Shown: positions 48,001 through 61,684, numbered from the stretch's first letter. The stretch is 64,000 nucleotides of DNA from Phoronis australis (GCA_002633005.1 NMRA01000080.1:954940-1018939), one strand, 5' to 3'. Numbers and translations: made by a program. The notes: generated by a model not told the origin, from the sequence alone.

Positions 48001-49201
48001 TTTGGCATGCCTTCAGAATGGTGTTCAATTCACTAAAGAGGAAGAAGAGCTGTATGCAAAGAGCTGGGAGAAATCTGTTCAAGTCACGAGTAACATGTTT
48101 ACTTACATATTAACTAAGCTGCGTCCACATTATGTGCGCAACACCATTAGCTTGAACGAAGCTCGAAGGGTCACTTTGGCACTAAGCAAACCAATGGCAG
48201 AGGTGGCGGCTACAATACAAGAAAACGAGGAGATAGCAACTAAAAAAAAAAATAATGTGCAAAAAGACAAAGTTCATATGCGTGAACTAACCAAAAACTT
48301 GACATGCACAGTGTATGACCTTAAACGTGAATACCTTTCGCACGGAATGACAGTGTGCACGGCCTACAGTTGCGTTGACGAAGTTGAAGTCGGAAAAAAG
48401 AAATTGAAAATGACTCTGTACAAGACGAAATGTCACAATCCATGCGATTGCTTTCTGTGGGGGGCAGCACCAAATACACGGTATACTGCCGCAACTGGCT
48501 GGTGCAAATGCACTCGGTGTATGTACTTTTGGAGTCAATCGTGCACAAATTGCGGCCATGACTACAGCAGTCACATGTATGTAGACTACCTGCTAAAACA
48601 GTGTGAAAAGGAGTTGATTGATGAAGAAGTTCAAGAGAAAATTCGGCAGAAGTCCACAGAAAAGGAAAGAAATGAGGAGTTTGTTCGCCAGATTGACATG
48701 AAAATTAAAGAACTTGAAGACGAAAAGAAAGAAATTCTCAAAGCCAGCGCTACCTTTGGTGCATTCCTGAAGCAAAACGCTTTAATTCCATTCAACGACG
48801 CTGTAAAGGACTATCTTGACATGATACTTGAGCAGGAGCAAAACAAGGTAGAAGACAAAAGAGATAAAGAGAAAGTTCGCCGCATGACACAGCTTCTGCA
48901 AATGTACGAAGAGGACAAAAAGCGCTTTGATGATATCGCAGCAGACTCTCCTATAACACCAAAAGATATAAAGAGAGTTCAAGACAAGCTATTCGGCCTC
49001 AAACATTATGGAAAGACATTGAAAGATATGTTCGATGGAATAGCCATTTCGAAATCAGTAGAAAGTGCTTCTTTTAATGAGCAGCATGTTTTTGTGACTG
49101 AAAAGAAGACACCGTCATCGCCGGCTCCCCGTCAGAGTTCTCAGGTACCACAGAAAGGAACTGTGAACAAGTTGTTACACTTTTTCAAGGGTTTATTTTA
49201 A
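42027..49201 (+). CDS. Stonustoxin/neoverrucotoxin-like MACPF protein fused to a Cys-rich Zn-finger region and a septin/AIG1-type P-loop GTPase (~1200 aa)
   Basis: Coding exons 42027-42034 (candidate), 42736-42850 (alternative ATG at 42764) and 45710-49201. SNTX-type motifs AALGRTASIGDLYDA, EATHVVVGIDWGA and KGVPLVYALMPL; helical and thioredoxin-like segments; CPG...WKCFDC...YCKCG...FRCNSVDHG; G1 GETGVGKST (47384-47410), G3 DTPG (47651), G4-like FTNSR; a second Cys/His cluster and a C-terminal coiled coil. Confidence 0.88.
43080..43103. repeat. (CTAATT)4 microsatellite
   Basis: Direct inspection. Confidence 0.8.
43185..43650. repeat. Degenerate ~35 bp minisatellite interrupted by a ~200 bp insertion
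   Basis: Unit ~TCACCATGTGTAAATAGGAACGCTAACTCACCGTAT; unrelated sequence at ~43307-43510. Confidence 0.7.
44980..45500 (+). mobile_element. Highly degenerate Penelope-like remnant, intronic
   Basis: ATTGACGTGCCCCTATGGGTCGTTCTTGGTC can be read as a frameshifted IDGVPMGSVLG RT motif; degenerate hammerhead-like core at ~45454-45500. Confidence 0.3.
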
Positions 49202-52200
49202 TGCAAAGCAATGCATTAACTTGCAAATGGACAGTGAACTACAATTATTCAGTTGCGGTAAATGCATGCATAGCTTTATCATTTCTGAGCAAAAACATGA
49301 TAGGTTTTGGCGGACTTATCTATTTCACGCGCCACAAGTGCTTCAAGCTTCGCCACTAATCTGCCTGCTTTCTTCTGGACACACTACTCTTTCATTTCTG
49401 ATTTTGCTACAAGAATGACTTCGCTAAGCTCTAGCGCTCAACCCCAATTTCCCGTGAAAAGTGGTTCAAAGTGTCACTTAATGTAAACAAGCACGTGTGA
49501 GCATATGTAGTATAGCAGATGAATGTTGACTTTGATGTATTGTTCGAGTTTTTGTGTGTATTCGCTCTGATCAGTCTGAGATGTTTTTGTATGAAGCCTG
49601 TGACTTTTTAGTGCGAAATGATCTGAATTGCACAAATCTTTTGCACAAATGTTTGCGTGGTGATTGACTCACATAGCACCTTATTGTAGTATAATATTTT
49701 ATTATTAAAAGCGAAGTCTATCTAATGTGTTTCTATTATGCTTGTATAGGCTTAGCGGCAATTTATGTTTGTAATCCCGTGGCGCATATTCAGAAAATAG
49801 CTTAACGTTTGCCTTTCTATTTTACCAATTTTAAGCCAGAAATGTGGTCTATAAACGAAATGTGTCAGCTGTACCGTCAGGGTGTGAAGGTCAATATGTG
49901 TAATTAGAAGATTATGCTATAAATCTTGTTTCTCCTTAGACAAGCCAAAAACTGTTAAAATGAACTCGTCTCAGCAAGCCTGTTCTTGTTTCACACTAGC
50001 TGATAGGAAACTTGGCAAACCGTAGAAATCTTTCATTATGACTGTGAAAGTAGACAAAGGAACCTATACTCGGAAACCTTCCAAAGTATCGTCTAAGGTG
50101 GGGACCTGTTTGCTTCATTTCAACAGGGATGCCCACACCATAAACTGTACATAATGCTTGCAAGAAATTAACTGATGGGGAGCAGCGTATAACATGTTGT
50201 TTTATCTGGTGAGTTTAAGTGACCTGTCTACAAGAAACCAGCTCGAAATAGCGCACTCCTCCAGAACTAGAGCAGTACTTCACGAGTTCATGTTGTTTTG
50301 GTGTAATAGGTGTGTTAATTCAACATTACACTGCAACTCAATCAGAGAATTGCTATCTTAAGTAATACATTTGTTGTGGTATATTGTTTATTTTAATGCG
50401 CAATGTACTCTAAATAATAAGTCATTTTAATGAACAATGTTGTTGAGTTAGAATTAAAATTACGATCTGTACCCTGTCTGATATATTCGTGTCACTTCAG
50501 AATGAGTTAACAAATCAAATATAACTAAGGCCTTACGCTAACAAAACAAATGTGTGACTTTGTCTACCAAGAAATAGTTTGGAATGTTAGGTACTTGGAG
50601 AGACATATTAAAGAAATTGTTTCAAGTGAATCATGTAATGAACATTCTAACTTTGTTTGAGTAAAATAATCGTTTATTCAAAGGAGTATATATATGTAGC
50701 GACCAGTTTCTATTTGTGAGGCAAAAGTGCCATCGTATGGGTTGTAGTAGATGTTGAGTGTTCACCTGATTTTTGAGAAGCATTGAAGCATACCTTTTGT
50801 TTTCATCGTGTGAGGTTTTGGGAAATTAATGCGTAAATTGGTAACGGGATTTCTGTTTGAACAATTATTTAGGTCAATCTCAGCGTAGACCAACGTGTTC
50901 GCTTTATAGCTGGTGGTGTTCGTGTTTTGGTAGATGTTAGATAATGCTGTACTGCAATAACTAAAGTACATTAGAGGAAACTGCATGAAATTTTACTTAC
51001 ATCAATGTTGATAACCCTTATCTACATCTATGGGGAAATAAAGCAAGAGTGATAATCGAACCTTAACACCACCGCTGAATTTTTAACAGGGAAACGGAAC
51101 CCTTGCCAACCCTTTGTAGCGCTCCCAGGATCCGTAGAATCTAAGACTGTAGCAAGGACTTGAAACAAAAAGGTTCGGAAACCGTGTATTCAGTGCACCA
51201 ATTCAATAACCAGACAAGACCGACCAATTACTCTCGTGGCTGCCATTTTGCTAAGATAAGCTCGTTGACTAACTTGCTCTTGCGAGAGTTCGCGTATTTA
51301 TGAAGAAACTTGGTCTACAAAACACTACTTTGATTACTACTCACTGTGCACGGGAAGTGTTCTTGTGCATAAGGTTATAATTCAAGCTTTATAGTGACTG
51401 CAGTGAGAGGTGTTTCGGTACGAAATGTATTTTGTGGAAAGACTTTCCCTTCTCAAATAAAGGTTCGATCATCGCCCGTTGAAATTACAGATTCAACGTT
51501 AGTGTTGCTTTGTAATTGTTCTTATACCATTGGTGTGCATGATTGATTTCTGGTGTAATAAATACACACCGTTATGATAAGTGTGAGTGTATTTAGTAAT
51601 AAATAGGTTTGCATTCGCTAAAATTGTCTTCTATTATTTAAAATGCAGTGAATTAATATGCTCTAGAAAGTTGTAGGCCTACAAATTTTCTCAACTTTTC
51701 CGACATAAATGTATAAGTGATTAAGTTCGCGTTTTCAAGTACGTTTAGACGACCTATGCTGCAAATATGGTTTTCCTAACAACTTCCTGGCCAGGACATT
51801 CAGGGATATATTAAACACTTCATGGTAGTTGACAAATATTCTTTTGAATTTCCCTTTTTCTCAATGTTTCGCCGTCTTTCTTAATTTGCGACTTTCCCTT
51901 TAAAACCTCCCAAGATAATAATTTAATTTCAAAGTCTTGATCAAAAACTTTTCAAGCATTGTTGTAGCTGATGTAAAACACAGAAAAATATTTCTCTTAT
52001 TATATACAACTTGATTTTTCAAACCAATATTCTGATGAAAAATAGTCTGTTATTTGTTTCCAGGACAATAACATATCACAGTACAATAGGTTTAAATTTT
52101 CTATTAAAAATCGTTTATTACATTTAATTAACAAGGACGTGTACCAAATGTTGATATCTGGAACAACTTAGCCCCCTTTCCCTGTTCATTTTGCAAGGTG

Positions 52201-52599
52201 AAGTCCTGCATAATAGTAATCATCTCCCGCATCTTGTTAGCAGGCAAACCGTTGGTACTTTATGTTCTATATTTGAGCAAACTCAAGATAAATAACGACT
52301 ATTCCAAGCTCTAGCACACTATGCCCTATGCCTATATGGATGACTGTCTAATCCTGAAGTCCAGTTGATGACCTCAGCAATATAAGTGTTAGTTAACGAA
52401 CTTGGATTAGAGACAGACATTCATAAAATATAACCATACAACATGGGCCAGATGAGAAAAACACCGCTGAAGAGGACTTTTATCTCCGAGATAATTCTAA
52501 CAGAAACGTTATACTTGACCAAACATCAATCAGGAACTAATTTCAAGTAGTAGGTGACAACGCTGAAATATACGACACATGTGGTCATGCACTGCACTA

Positions 52600-52832
52600 C
52601 CGAGATTATCCGTAGATAAGCCCATGGGTGTGTATTCGGAGAATGAAAATGTTCAGGTGTTTTAATTACACCAAGTAAAAACCCGGGCGTTTGTGCGGAA
52701 AAGGGAATTGTAAACGGAATGTCGTAGTTCTGCTAACTTTAACAGTTTTGACGAGACGTTTATTCGGCATAATCTTCCGAACAAAAGCCCATGGGCGTTT
52801 CATCGGGAGGGCTTATCTACGGAAAATCACGG
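52600..52832. mobile_element. Tc1/mariner-type MITE
   Basis: TA|CCGAGATTATCCGTAGATAAGCCC ... GGGCTTATCTACGGAAAATCACGG, ~24-bp TIRs; internal AAGCCCATGGG repeats. Confidence 0.7.
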
Positions 52833-55800
52833 AACGACCTTGAATCTTGAATGTCCAGGCTTGTGTGTATATTCTATGACTGAAAGCATATGGAATTCAC
52901 GTTTGAATCCACTGAAGAATTTGCTTTCATTCGAGCCCCTCGGTGTTAAGCAGTAATTCCAGACCAAACGCCTTTTTTCTGTGATGGGCTGTGAATGTTG
53001 TCAGTCAGCTTTCTTAATCTCAAGATCAGGTGCGTGATTTTTGAATTCCAAGTTCACACAAAACATCTAGCGCTTCAGATCCTTATTCCAAGTTCACAAG
53101 CGACATTTGCATATTATACGTAAGATATTAACAATTTGCACATTCATGTTGTGATACTGCTCGTAAGCATGGACACACGGTAATAAGAATTTCACATAAG
53201 AACGCAGTATTAGCGTTGAAAACGAAACCCTTAGATTATAAACCTTGTGAATTTCGGCCAGTTTAGCGTACACTTTATTGCCCCAAGTTTATTGCTCCCA
53301 GTTTATTGCCCCTCTGTTCGGAATCTAATGCACCATGTATGACCTATTGTCCGTGTAAGCAGGAGATAACTGACTCAGAGAACCACTTTTTCAGGTCAAG
53401 AGGTGATTCATAACTGTTGCTATTTTTGTGTATTGTAAGAGTAGAGCATTTTGCTAACTTCTGGTGAATAACCTCACCAAGAAGCATGTGACTTTAATCA
53501 AAGTTTCTGCAAAATTCGAGAATTGTGATCAGAAGAGGTGCATATGTTCTGAAAGTAGAAATATTGGGGAATTAAACTTAAAACAAACCTGTTTTCACAT
53601 GACCATGTTTTCTTTTACTAAAATTTAGCAAAGAAACATTGTTTCAGGGAAGATAAAACATTATCAGCATGGCCTTCATTTCACATAAATATACATGAAC
53701 GAGTCTCAAAATCATTTTTCCAAAACGTCGTTTTTGTTTTATGCAGTTTTTAAGATGAAAATCAATAAAGTCTCAATTTTTGACGGTTTTTTATTCAAAA
53801 ACAAGCCTGTTTAAAAATCAATCTGGACAGCAACGTCGGTTAACTGTTTTTAAGATAAGATGTTGGTGAAAGTTAAAATTTTTCATCTTTCATAACCATA
53901 AAGCTTGACATCAACTTTTAATTTGGATATAAAGGTAAATATCAAAATTAAGTACAACACGAACAGCAAAACCGTTAATGGGCAGGCAAATTTGGATTTA
54001 AAATTTCCCATTTAAAAATCGAAATGATGTGACGTCCGCTTGCCAATTACAAATTAAAGAAAAACGTGAGGTTGTTAGTTTTAAAATATTTCATTTAAAT
54101 AAGTTTATACGAACATAACACTTCTTGAGCAACAGTGAGGATAACAACTGGTATTACAAATTATAGAGTCAGAGCATCACTTCCAAAATCATTGTGAAGA
54201 CGGGATATACACGATGTAATAAAAATGCAATACTGATGAAAATCCCTTCTTAATAAGGACATACACAAAAGCAGACTGCATATTCTGTCGAACCTGTACA
54301 AAATGACTAGTTACCATTATTCAAAATGCACAGTGTCACATAGCATAAAAATAAGATTCCTCATAGGTTTGCTATGCAGTTACTAACTACTGTGTATCGC
54401 AAAATGAACCACAGGAAGAAGTTCATATAGAAACTTGCTTGTCTACATGCGCGTATCCGTCGAGCCTCCATTTGGCGAAGTGGGCAAAAAGGTCCGCCTC
54501 AGAGAAACAAAAATTCTGATTAAGGTAGACAACGAGACAAAAATCCACTAAGAAGACAGCAACTACCAAAAGTCTGCGAATGCACAATTGATAGCTCTGA
54601 AGATACCCCGTGAATCTTAGTGCAAGTTCCACATTCTCAAGAATTCAACAACCCATTTTGTAGCCTGGATGCGCCCGTGTGTCTATTATAAATCTTTGTA
54701 ATAAAAAGAAGTATGAAGCAAGAAATAAAGTATTTCTTTTGAGTACCATTCGAGGTTGCATTTTTATTTCTGTTCCGTGTCCTTACCTCACCTTTTATGA
54801 ATTGTGCACAAAGTATACGGCATTCAAATTTGTTGCAATATGTTCTTTCTACCAGCAAAATCAACCACAGTCATAATTTTATAGTGTGGTGACGTGTCAC
54901 CAAATAGCAACTGGACACTCAATATTTATTTTTTTTACCCACGGTCGAATTCATTATAAATTAGCGCCAGCTGGTTGGACTGGGAATTTCAAGTTTTGTG
55001 CTGCATAGAACGGCTACGAACGATTTTTGTATCTTTTCCGAGTGACAGATTGTCAGCTGTTGACTCCTTAAGCCTTGACTTTTGTTAAACATTTACTGCT
55101 TGCAAGCGGGAAGTTGACATTTAGCAGGAAATTCAGGTTTCCTTCAGACTCTTTGGATTTGTTAAAAATCTGGCAGATCGACACCCATTTTTTCGCCTAA
55201 TTTCTGGAATCTGGAGAGTTTTGGAAGTTTGAATGCACTGTCTCTCAGTTCTGAATAATCTCATGACTTTTGGATGAAAACTGCCGATTTGGCGTATTTT
55301 GGCTCGTTTTTTCAAGTAGCAGGTTGCACTACCGGTAGTCGTAATAAGTGGAAAATTGACTTTGGAAGAGACTTTGTGCAAGGTTTTTAAAGTCTCTGGC
55401 TCATTATACTCATCAAATGTTCAGGTTATGTCTACACCCTGTGACACAGGCTGTTGGCGCTGACTCGACCTGGTTTTCCAAGTCCCAATCAGCAAAACCT
55501 TTTGAGAGCCACCTTAGGACACTGATAAGCCAATTCAGTCACATGGTACTATCAAAGTGTCAAGATTTTCTGTGGAATTGTCATCTATCAATTCAACCAG
55601 GCGGTGGAAGCTTAAGAGTTAGGTCACCGTGTATGGTGAATTTTCGTCGCATGTGTGACGGTAACGTGTCTGTGGATTTTTACCGAGACTGCGGAGAAAG
55701 GCTCGTGGTTGAAATATGAAGACACGGCTATTGACACTAGCGTTGCGTGAAGAGTTCTTTTACAACCGGGACCCGAAGTGATGCCATAATGACATTTCTG

Positions 55801-58626
55801 ACTTATTTGAGACCAGTCTCTGCACCGTGACATTTTTTAGTATTCTCCAACCCTCACCGACGATTCGTGACAAGTACAATCTGGCATTATATTAGCCGTT
55901 TGACCAATGATAGCCTAGTACATTTAATTGAAATAAACACGAACACATTTCGGTAACTTATTTCAAGCAAAAATAAGCGATAACACGTCTGAATTCAAAT
56001 AGGGATTACTACCTTTGTTCTACATTCGAATTTAAGTCTTGAACGCCTATGTTGCGGTCTGAAACGAGACAAGAGATGAAAGTCCCGTGATAAATGTGTA
56101 ACATACCCTGATTTTTTTCACAGGCGAGCTCAACTGATTTACACAAACAGAAAGATCTATGCCTTGTTATCTGAATTCCAGGGGTGCAAAAATTCATTCT
56201 AAGCCCTAGTAAGTGTTAAGTCATGCTTGAATTATTTATCATACAATGTGGCATTTTATTTCCATGTCACACGGTTTAAAAGGAAATACACATTTAAGGC
56301 ATTAAATGGAATCCTATTCCAACTATTTTGAACAGCGATACCCTTTTGGGTCTCTATTTTTTTCTTCGAGCACGGAACTAGTTTCTAAAATTTGTATTCA
56401 TATGCCAATCTGAACAAAAAGTCTCGTATGAGCAAGTAAGCTCATAACTCATTGGTACCGGCGAGTTCAGACATGATGTGCATCAAAGCCGAAAGCAAAG
56501 CGATATAATTGCTGAGCTCGGGAACAAGTGTGCGTGCAAATCTGCAAAATCTTCTCTTCAACTACATAAGTTTGGTGAATGCTGTGCATGAAAAAAGCGG
56601 AGATGTAAACTGAAGGTAAAGTACGAATTCAAAGCCTTGTCTTGTTTTATGAGAGATTTACAATGTCTACGATCAGCGAAGATTTTCATGCAGACTAAAT
56701 TCACCCCACTCAGGTTTTCACGCTAGAAAAACATATCGGACAACTCGATAGTTTTAATATTAAGGACAGCAGTGTTTGTTTCAAAATCGTTTTAAAGTGC
56801 CGGTCTTGCAACGCAAAAACAGACTAAATCACAGTATTCAAATTGGTTCTCTGCTACTGAAACAGAAGTCAAATTGTTCATCAGGTGTATTTACCTACTA
56901 TTCGTACAGATTTTAAGATTCTGTTAAAACAATTTGGTATCAGATTCAAATTTCAAAACAATGATCGGTCAACTGCTCTGCACTTTGTCGATTTTTTCCC
57001 ACACGACATAGCACGTCTACTTATGTGGTATGGCAAGACATAGACGTAGCACATTTCTTTATGTAGAAAATGTGTCCATTGAACTTTGATGCCAGCTCGC
57101 CATTTCGGATTAAAGGTCGCCAAATTTTAGTACCGCGGACATCTGATAGGTGTCGCTTGCAATGCAGCCCATTGTGCAGCCTCGTCCCAAGCCTCAAGAT
57201 GGCGCTGATCGGTTTAGCCATTTGAGGCTTGCTTATGGCAATTACTTTCTGTGCAATGATTGGCCGATGCCTTGACGTCATTAAACAACGGCAGATTTTA
57301 ATTATTTTCACAGTCTTTTTTTGCCATTCATGAATCATAAGGTATTGATTTGGTTACCGTTTGAAATAAAGAGTGTTGGCCTACTTATTTTCAATCATTT
57401 TTTATTAATAGCATAAAAGAAATTAATATGTTTTCTAAATCAAAGTACATCATATTTGCGATAATTTGGACTTAAATTGCTGCAACATACCCGTTAGTTT
57501 ACATTTTTATATTATACTGCAGAAAATTTGATATCACTTAATATTACTCGTGATATTCCGACGATGCTGACATATTTCATTTCCCATAACCAAGCCTCAA
57601 ATGGCTAAACTGAACAGCGCCATCTTGTGGCTTCGGGACGAGGCTGCTCATTACGATGCTTACGCCAGCCCCATAAATCCCAACCACCTAATTCTGTCAA
57701 AAATGTTTAATACATTAGATATTTGGTTAAAGACATGACACTTGTCGTTGTTAACAATCTTTATTCCATTCTGTTCGTATCCACGGAACAAAGTTCGACA
57801 CTCAACAGAACATTGGTAAAGCAACTAACTGACCAAGAGACATGATTAAAAGACTCACCATTTTTCGAAACATGCTTGTTTCACTCCCAAGTGGAAATAA
57901 CACGAGGCAGTAATACCACAGATCCAAGGCTAGTAACATACACAGTGTGACACGGCAGGTGCGAAATGCTGCAGAGAATGGCAAATGGAGGGGGAGACAG
58001 GAGACACCAAAACAAGTGTAGCGTGCGGCGCTAATGTGTTTGGTGCTCATGACTTTCATAAAGTTTGCACAAGTAGGAAATTTCATCCACATTTTATAGA
58101 ATATCTAGGTGTTAATCTTGCAGTTAGTAAAAACTAAAGGACAGGTTTGATTATCAGCAAATTGTACTTTGACTGCCAAAATTACATTGTATTTATAACA
58201 TCATCACCATGTCACAGAAAGGAGTTAATAACTTTGATAAGATATTTGTCTATAATACATGCATTCGATCTACTTCGGAAACTAAGTGGAATCTGTGCTT
58301 AAACAAGGCTGATGAGAGTATGGAAGGAAGTAAATAATTGCATTAGCCATTTTCCAAATACTCAATTTAAATGGTTTCAGTTTAGACCAATTCACAAATC
58401 TATTCCAACTAAATGTATTAATTTGTTAAAAAAATGGAGTAATTGAGTGACATTTTACATTCTATGTAGGCGTCCCTGACACAGAGATACATCTTTTTGG
58501 CAATTACATTATCACATTGGCTGACCATTTTCATGGGATTATCTGTATATCAACTATTGTAGATTTGTTTGGTTGTCTTTTCTGATTTTTGAGGAAAGTA
58601 TGACTTTACAACATAATATTGCTCAA

Positions 58627-59426
58627 GGTTATCTCCAACCTTATTTAGTCATGGCTTCTATTCTAACTCGTATGTCAAAAAATAAGCTTTGTCAACTAGT
58701 AAAGGTATATATGTTCTGAAAGAAAAAAGATTAGGAAATATGAAAATACTTTTTGTAGTAATGTACCATTACTACTTTTAAGTAAAAACCTGTTTTAAGT
58801 CAAAATTTTATTTTTAAGAAAGGTACATTCATAGCAAAATAACCCCTTGGTCAATTTTAATGAAACTTTTTTAAATGAAATCTTCACCAATTACCTCGAA
58901 AACGCTGTTAGGAATTTTCGATTAGTCTTTTTGTTTGGTTTCTATAACAAATCAACTCGCAAAACGTAAGGTATATTTGTAAAAAAACGGAAGTCGTATT
59001 CGTCTTTGTTACATTACGCCAAAAAGGCCTTGATAATGAAAATCCTAAACGGTCGTATGCATGTAGACGCACAACTCCCTTTTGTTTTCCCGGGCAAAGT
59101 TTTACCTTTTAAGTACACCACGTTGGCTCAATGTTATGACGATTTTGTTAATGAAAGGACTGAGGGTATGCGAAGCTTTTCAGTACCTGGCGCGAGATTC
59201 GATTCGATTGAAAGCCCTTTGACCTTTGACCTCAGATAAGTACGTAGTAAACAAATATCCACGCGGTTGTGCGGTTTTAAGGTATTTCTGTTAAATCTTT
59301 TTTTCTCGCTACACAGAATATATTTTGTATTAGAAGTTCCCCGCGAATGAAGATGAAGTATTTTTCTAGACACATGTGAAATATTGTGAAAATGGCCATT
59401 TCTTGTGAATAAGGTTTGAGACAACT
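58627..59426. mobile_element. Non-autonomous Kolobok-type element, copy 2
   Basis: GGTTATCTCCAACCTTATT ... AATAAGGTTTGAGACAACT; colinear similarity to 13130-13889 (for example CATAGCAAAATAACCC and GACCTTTGACCTCAGATAA). Confidence 0.7.
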
Positions 59427-60301
59427 AGAATTTTCTTACTTAAACACAAACTTAATTTGACTAATTAAAAAATCCTGTTATCACATGTTGTAAAATGGAA
59501 AAAATTATACACTTATAAATCTTTTCAAAAGACAGATACTTACAATATGAAAGAGATTTTGTGTCATTTTAGACGATTAAATTTGTTGCTGTTTTTGTTG
59601 CCTCTTTTTGTCTTCATTGTTTTCTTCGATATAGATACCGCGACATGTAGTAGACCTTGTTTATATGGATGTACTTCTTGAGTGGTATGCACACTTGTCG
59701 CTATACAATCTTTATTCCGTTCTCTTCGTATCCTCGGAACAAAATTCGACACTCAACAGAACATTGGTCAGTTGCTTTACCTTGTATATATGTATATGTG
59801 TTATGAATCTAAATGAAAAGTCATAAAAATCCATCGTGATTGCCAATGAACAAGTGAGCATGAGTATATGATTGACTAAAATAAAGACCTGATTCAATGG
59901 AATGGGACTGGTTAACAGTATAGTGAAGAAATATAACTTGATTGGCTAAATCAATATCTAGATTGTGGAGTATTTTTTCATTCTTTCAGTCTCATCTAAT
60001 CCATTTTACATCCAGTTTTACCTAACCAATCCTGTGATTTCTCCAGTTCTTCAAGAAAAACAATGCTACTTTTTCTGCAGTCAACCAAACATTTTTTTAA
60101 TTTCTACAATTACCAAATACATTGCATTTCTTACATTTCTTCATACTTCACGTTCCAAAACAATTAAAATGAGAAACTCGGCTACCATAACAGTTGACTA
60201 CGTGACCAAAGCACACACAAGATTATCTAATTAAGGTCTCGATTTGGCAACCTGTGGGTTTCTGGCGTGACTTCAGATTCGGCTGAAGGTGATAGCTATT
60301 A

Positions 60302-60356
60302 CCATATATGGAGAGCAACTTGAGTAAACTGGAGTTTGTGTATCCAAGATATAAAA
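60302..60356 (+). promoter_or_regulatory. Promoter of the second MACPF-GTPase paralog: CArG plus TATA
   Basis: CCATATATGG at 60302 and TATAAAA at 60350; ~60290-61490 is colinear with ~41760-42940. Confidence 0.7.
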
Positions 60357-61319
60357 GGTATTTGAACGGCTTATTTTGCATTTGTTGTAAGCCGCACGCA
60401 AACAGAATACCAGTAGGCCTGTAAGGTACGATAACTTGAGAAAATGCTTTTTTTATTGTCAAATGTTTGCAACAGCAACTAGATTATTATGGCGTGCGAG
60501 TATATGGGGCGGTTTCCATTTGTAGTTGCAGACGCAAATCCACGTCACAGCAATGAGTAGCTGAAAACGTAGGAAAAGAAAAGCAATATGAACGACACTT
60601 TCACCAAATTACAAGAAAATTAGAGGAGACTGCTTTTGAAGAAACTTGGAAGATATAGAATATATAACACTACCCCCTATAGTGCGCCGACCTTTGTCAA
60701 ATGTCAACTAAATTTGGGACAAATGCCAATTGTATAATATCATGTGCTGTTAAGACATCAATCACTCATTTATATATCAGTTTAGACAAAACGTTTAATT
60801 GATAATATAGGGAAAATAGGTGTCGCAAAAATAGCAACATTTCATAAATTGAGATCCTGTCCTGCGTTTTTAATGTCAGTGCCTCCGTCCAGTTGTGACA
60901 GCTATTTTGTTGGAGCATCACCAAAAATTCAAACATTGATAAAAGACCTGTAGTTACTTTCTTTATTTTGAAAACATTTGCCTCGATGCTTAAAGAGGCT
61001 CACTTATGAATAAATCTAAACTAAACTGGTCTGTGGTCAACTTTCTTTTTTGTAAGGTTTTAACTCATAAAAAACGGAGAGCCTCTTTTGAAGCCTAGGT
61101 AACCAACTCTGTAATCCATCAGAAGCTCAGAGTTCATGGTCGATCATTTCTAAATATGCTAGATTGCTTTCTGAGGTCGAGATAAATGCACAATAATTCA
61201 TCAAACTATCTTTCCATTATCAATATGCATTTGTCGTATGCCTAACTATTTCTTTGTTGTGCTTGATTTATTTCTCCAATCTATGCTCCAGATTGCTTCG
61301 AAGAAAACAACCATTTATA

Positions 61320-61406
61320 ATGTTCCACTCCTTGATCACACGAGCAGCCCTAGGGCGAACTGCCAACACTGGGGACCTGTATGACGCATCGACGGACAAA
61401 TTTGTG
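61320..61406 (+). CDS. First coding exon of a second stonustoxin-like MACPF(-GTPase) paralog; remainder beyond the window
   Basis: MFHSLITRAALGRTANTGDLYDASTDKFV|GTAAGA, with the same length and donor as 42764-42850. Confidence 0.75.
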
Positions 61407-61684
61407 GTAAGAACAACATTTATTAACTGTAATAGTGTCGAAAGTGATATCACAAAGACGTGTCTCTAAGAATACCTCAAGAATTTAACAAAGATCAAGC
61501 CTGTAGCTTCTTATTTAATTTGAACTTTTCTTATCTAGTAAAATTTTGCTTTTCAAGGACTAAAATGGGGACACCCACAAAAAGATATGTGTTTCTACGT
61601 AAAATATGATTATAGGTGGGTACACCTGTCGGTAAATGTTGATCAGCGAAGTCCCTCTTTGTAACTGGGGACATCAAATTCGGG

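Noticed and set aside
49500-58500. Numerous 60-105 aa ORFs in the intergenic region
   Set aside because: No recognisable domains or consistent exon chain; expected by chance in AT-rich repeat-derived DNA.
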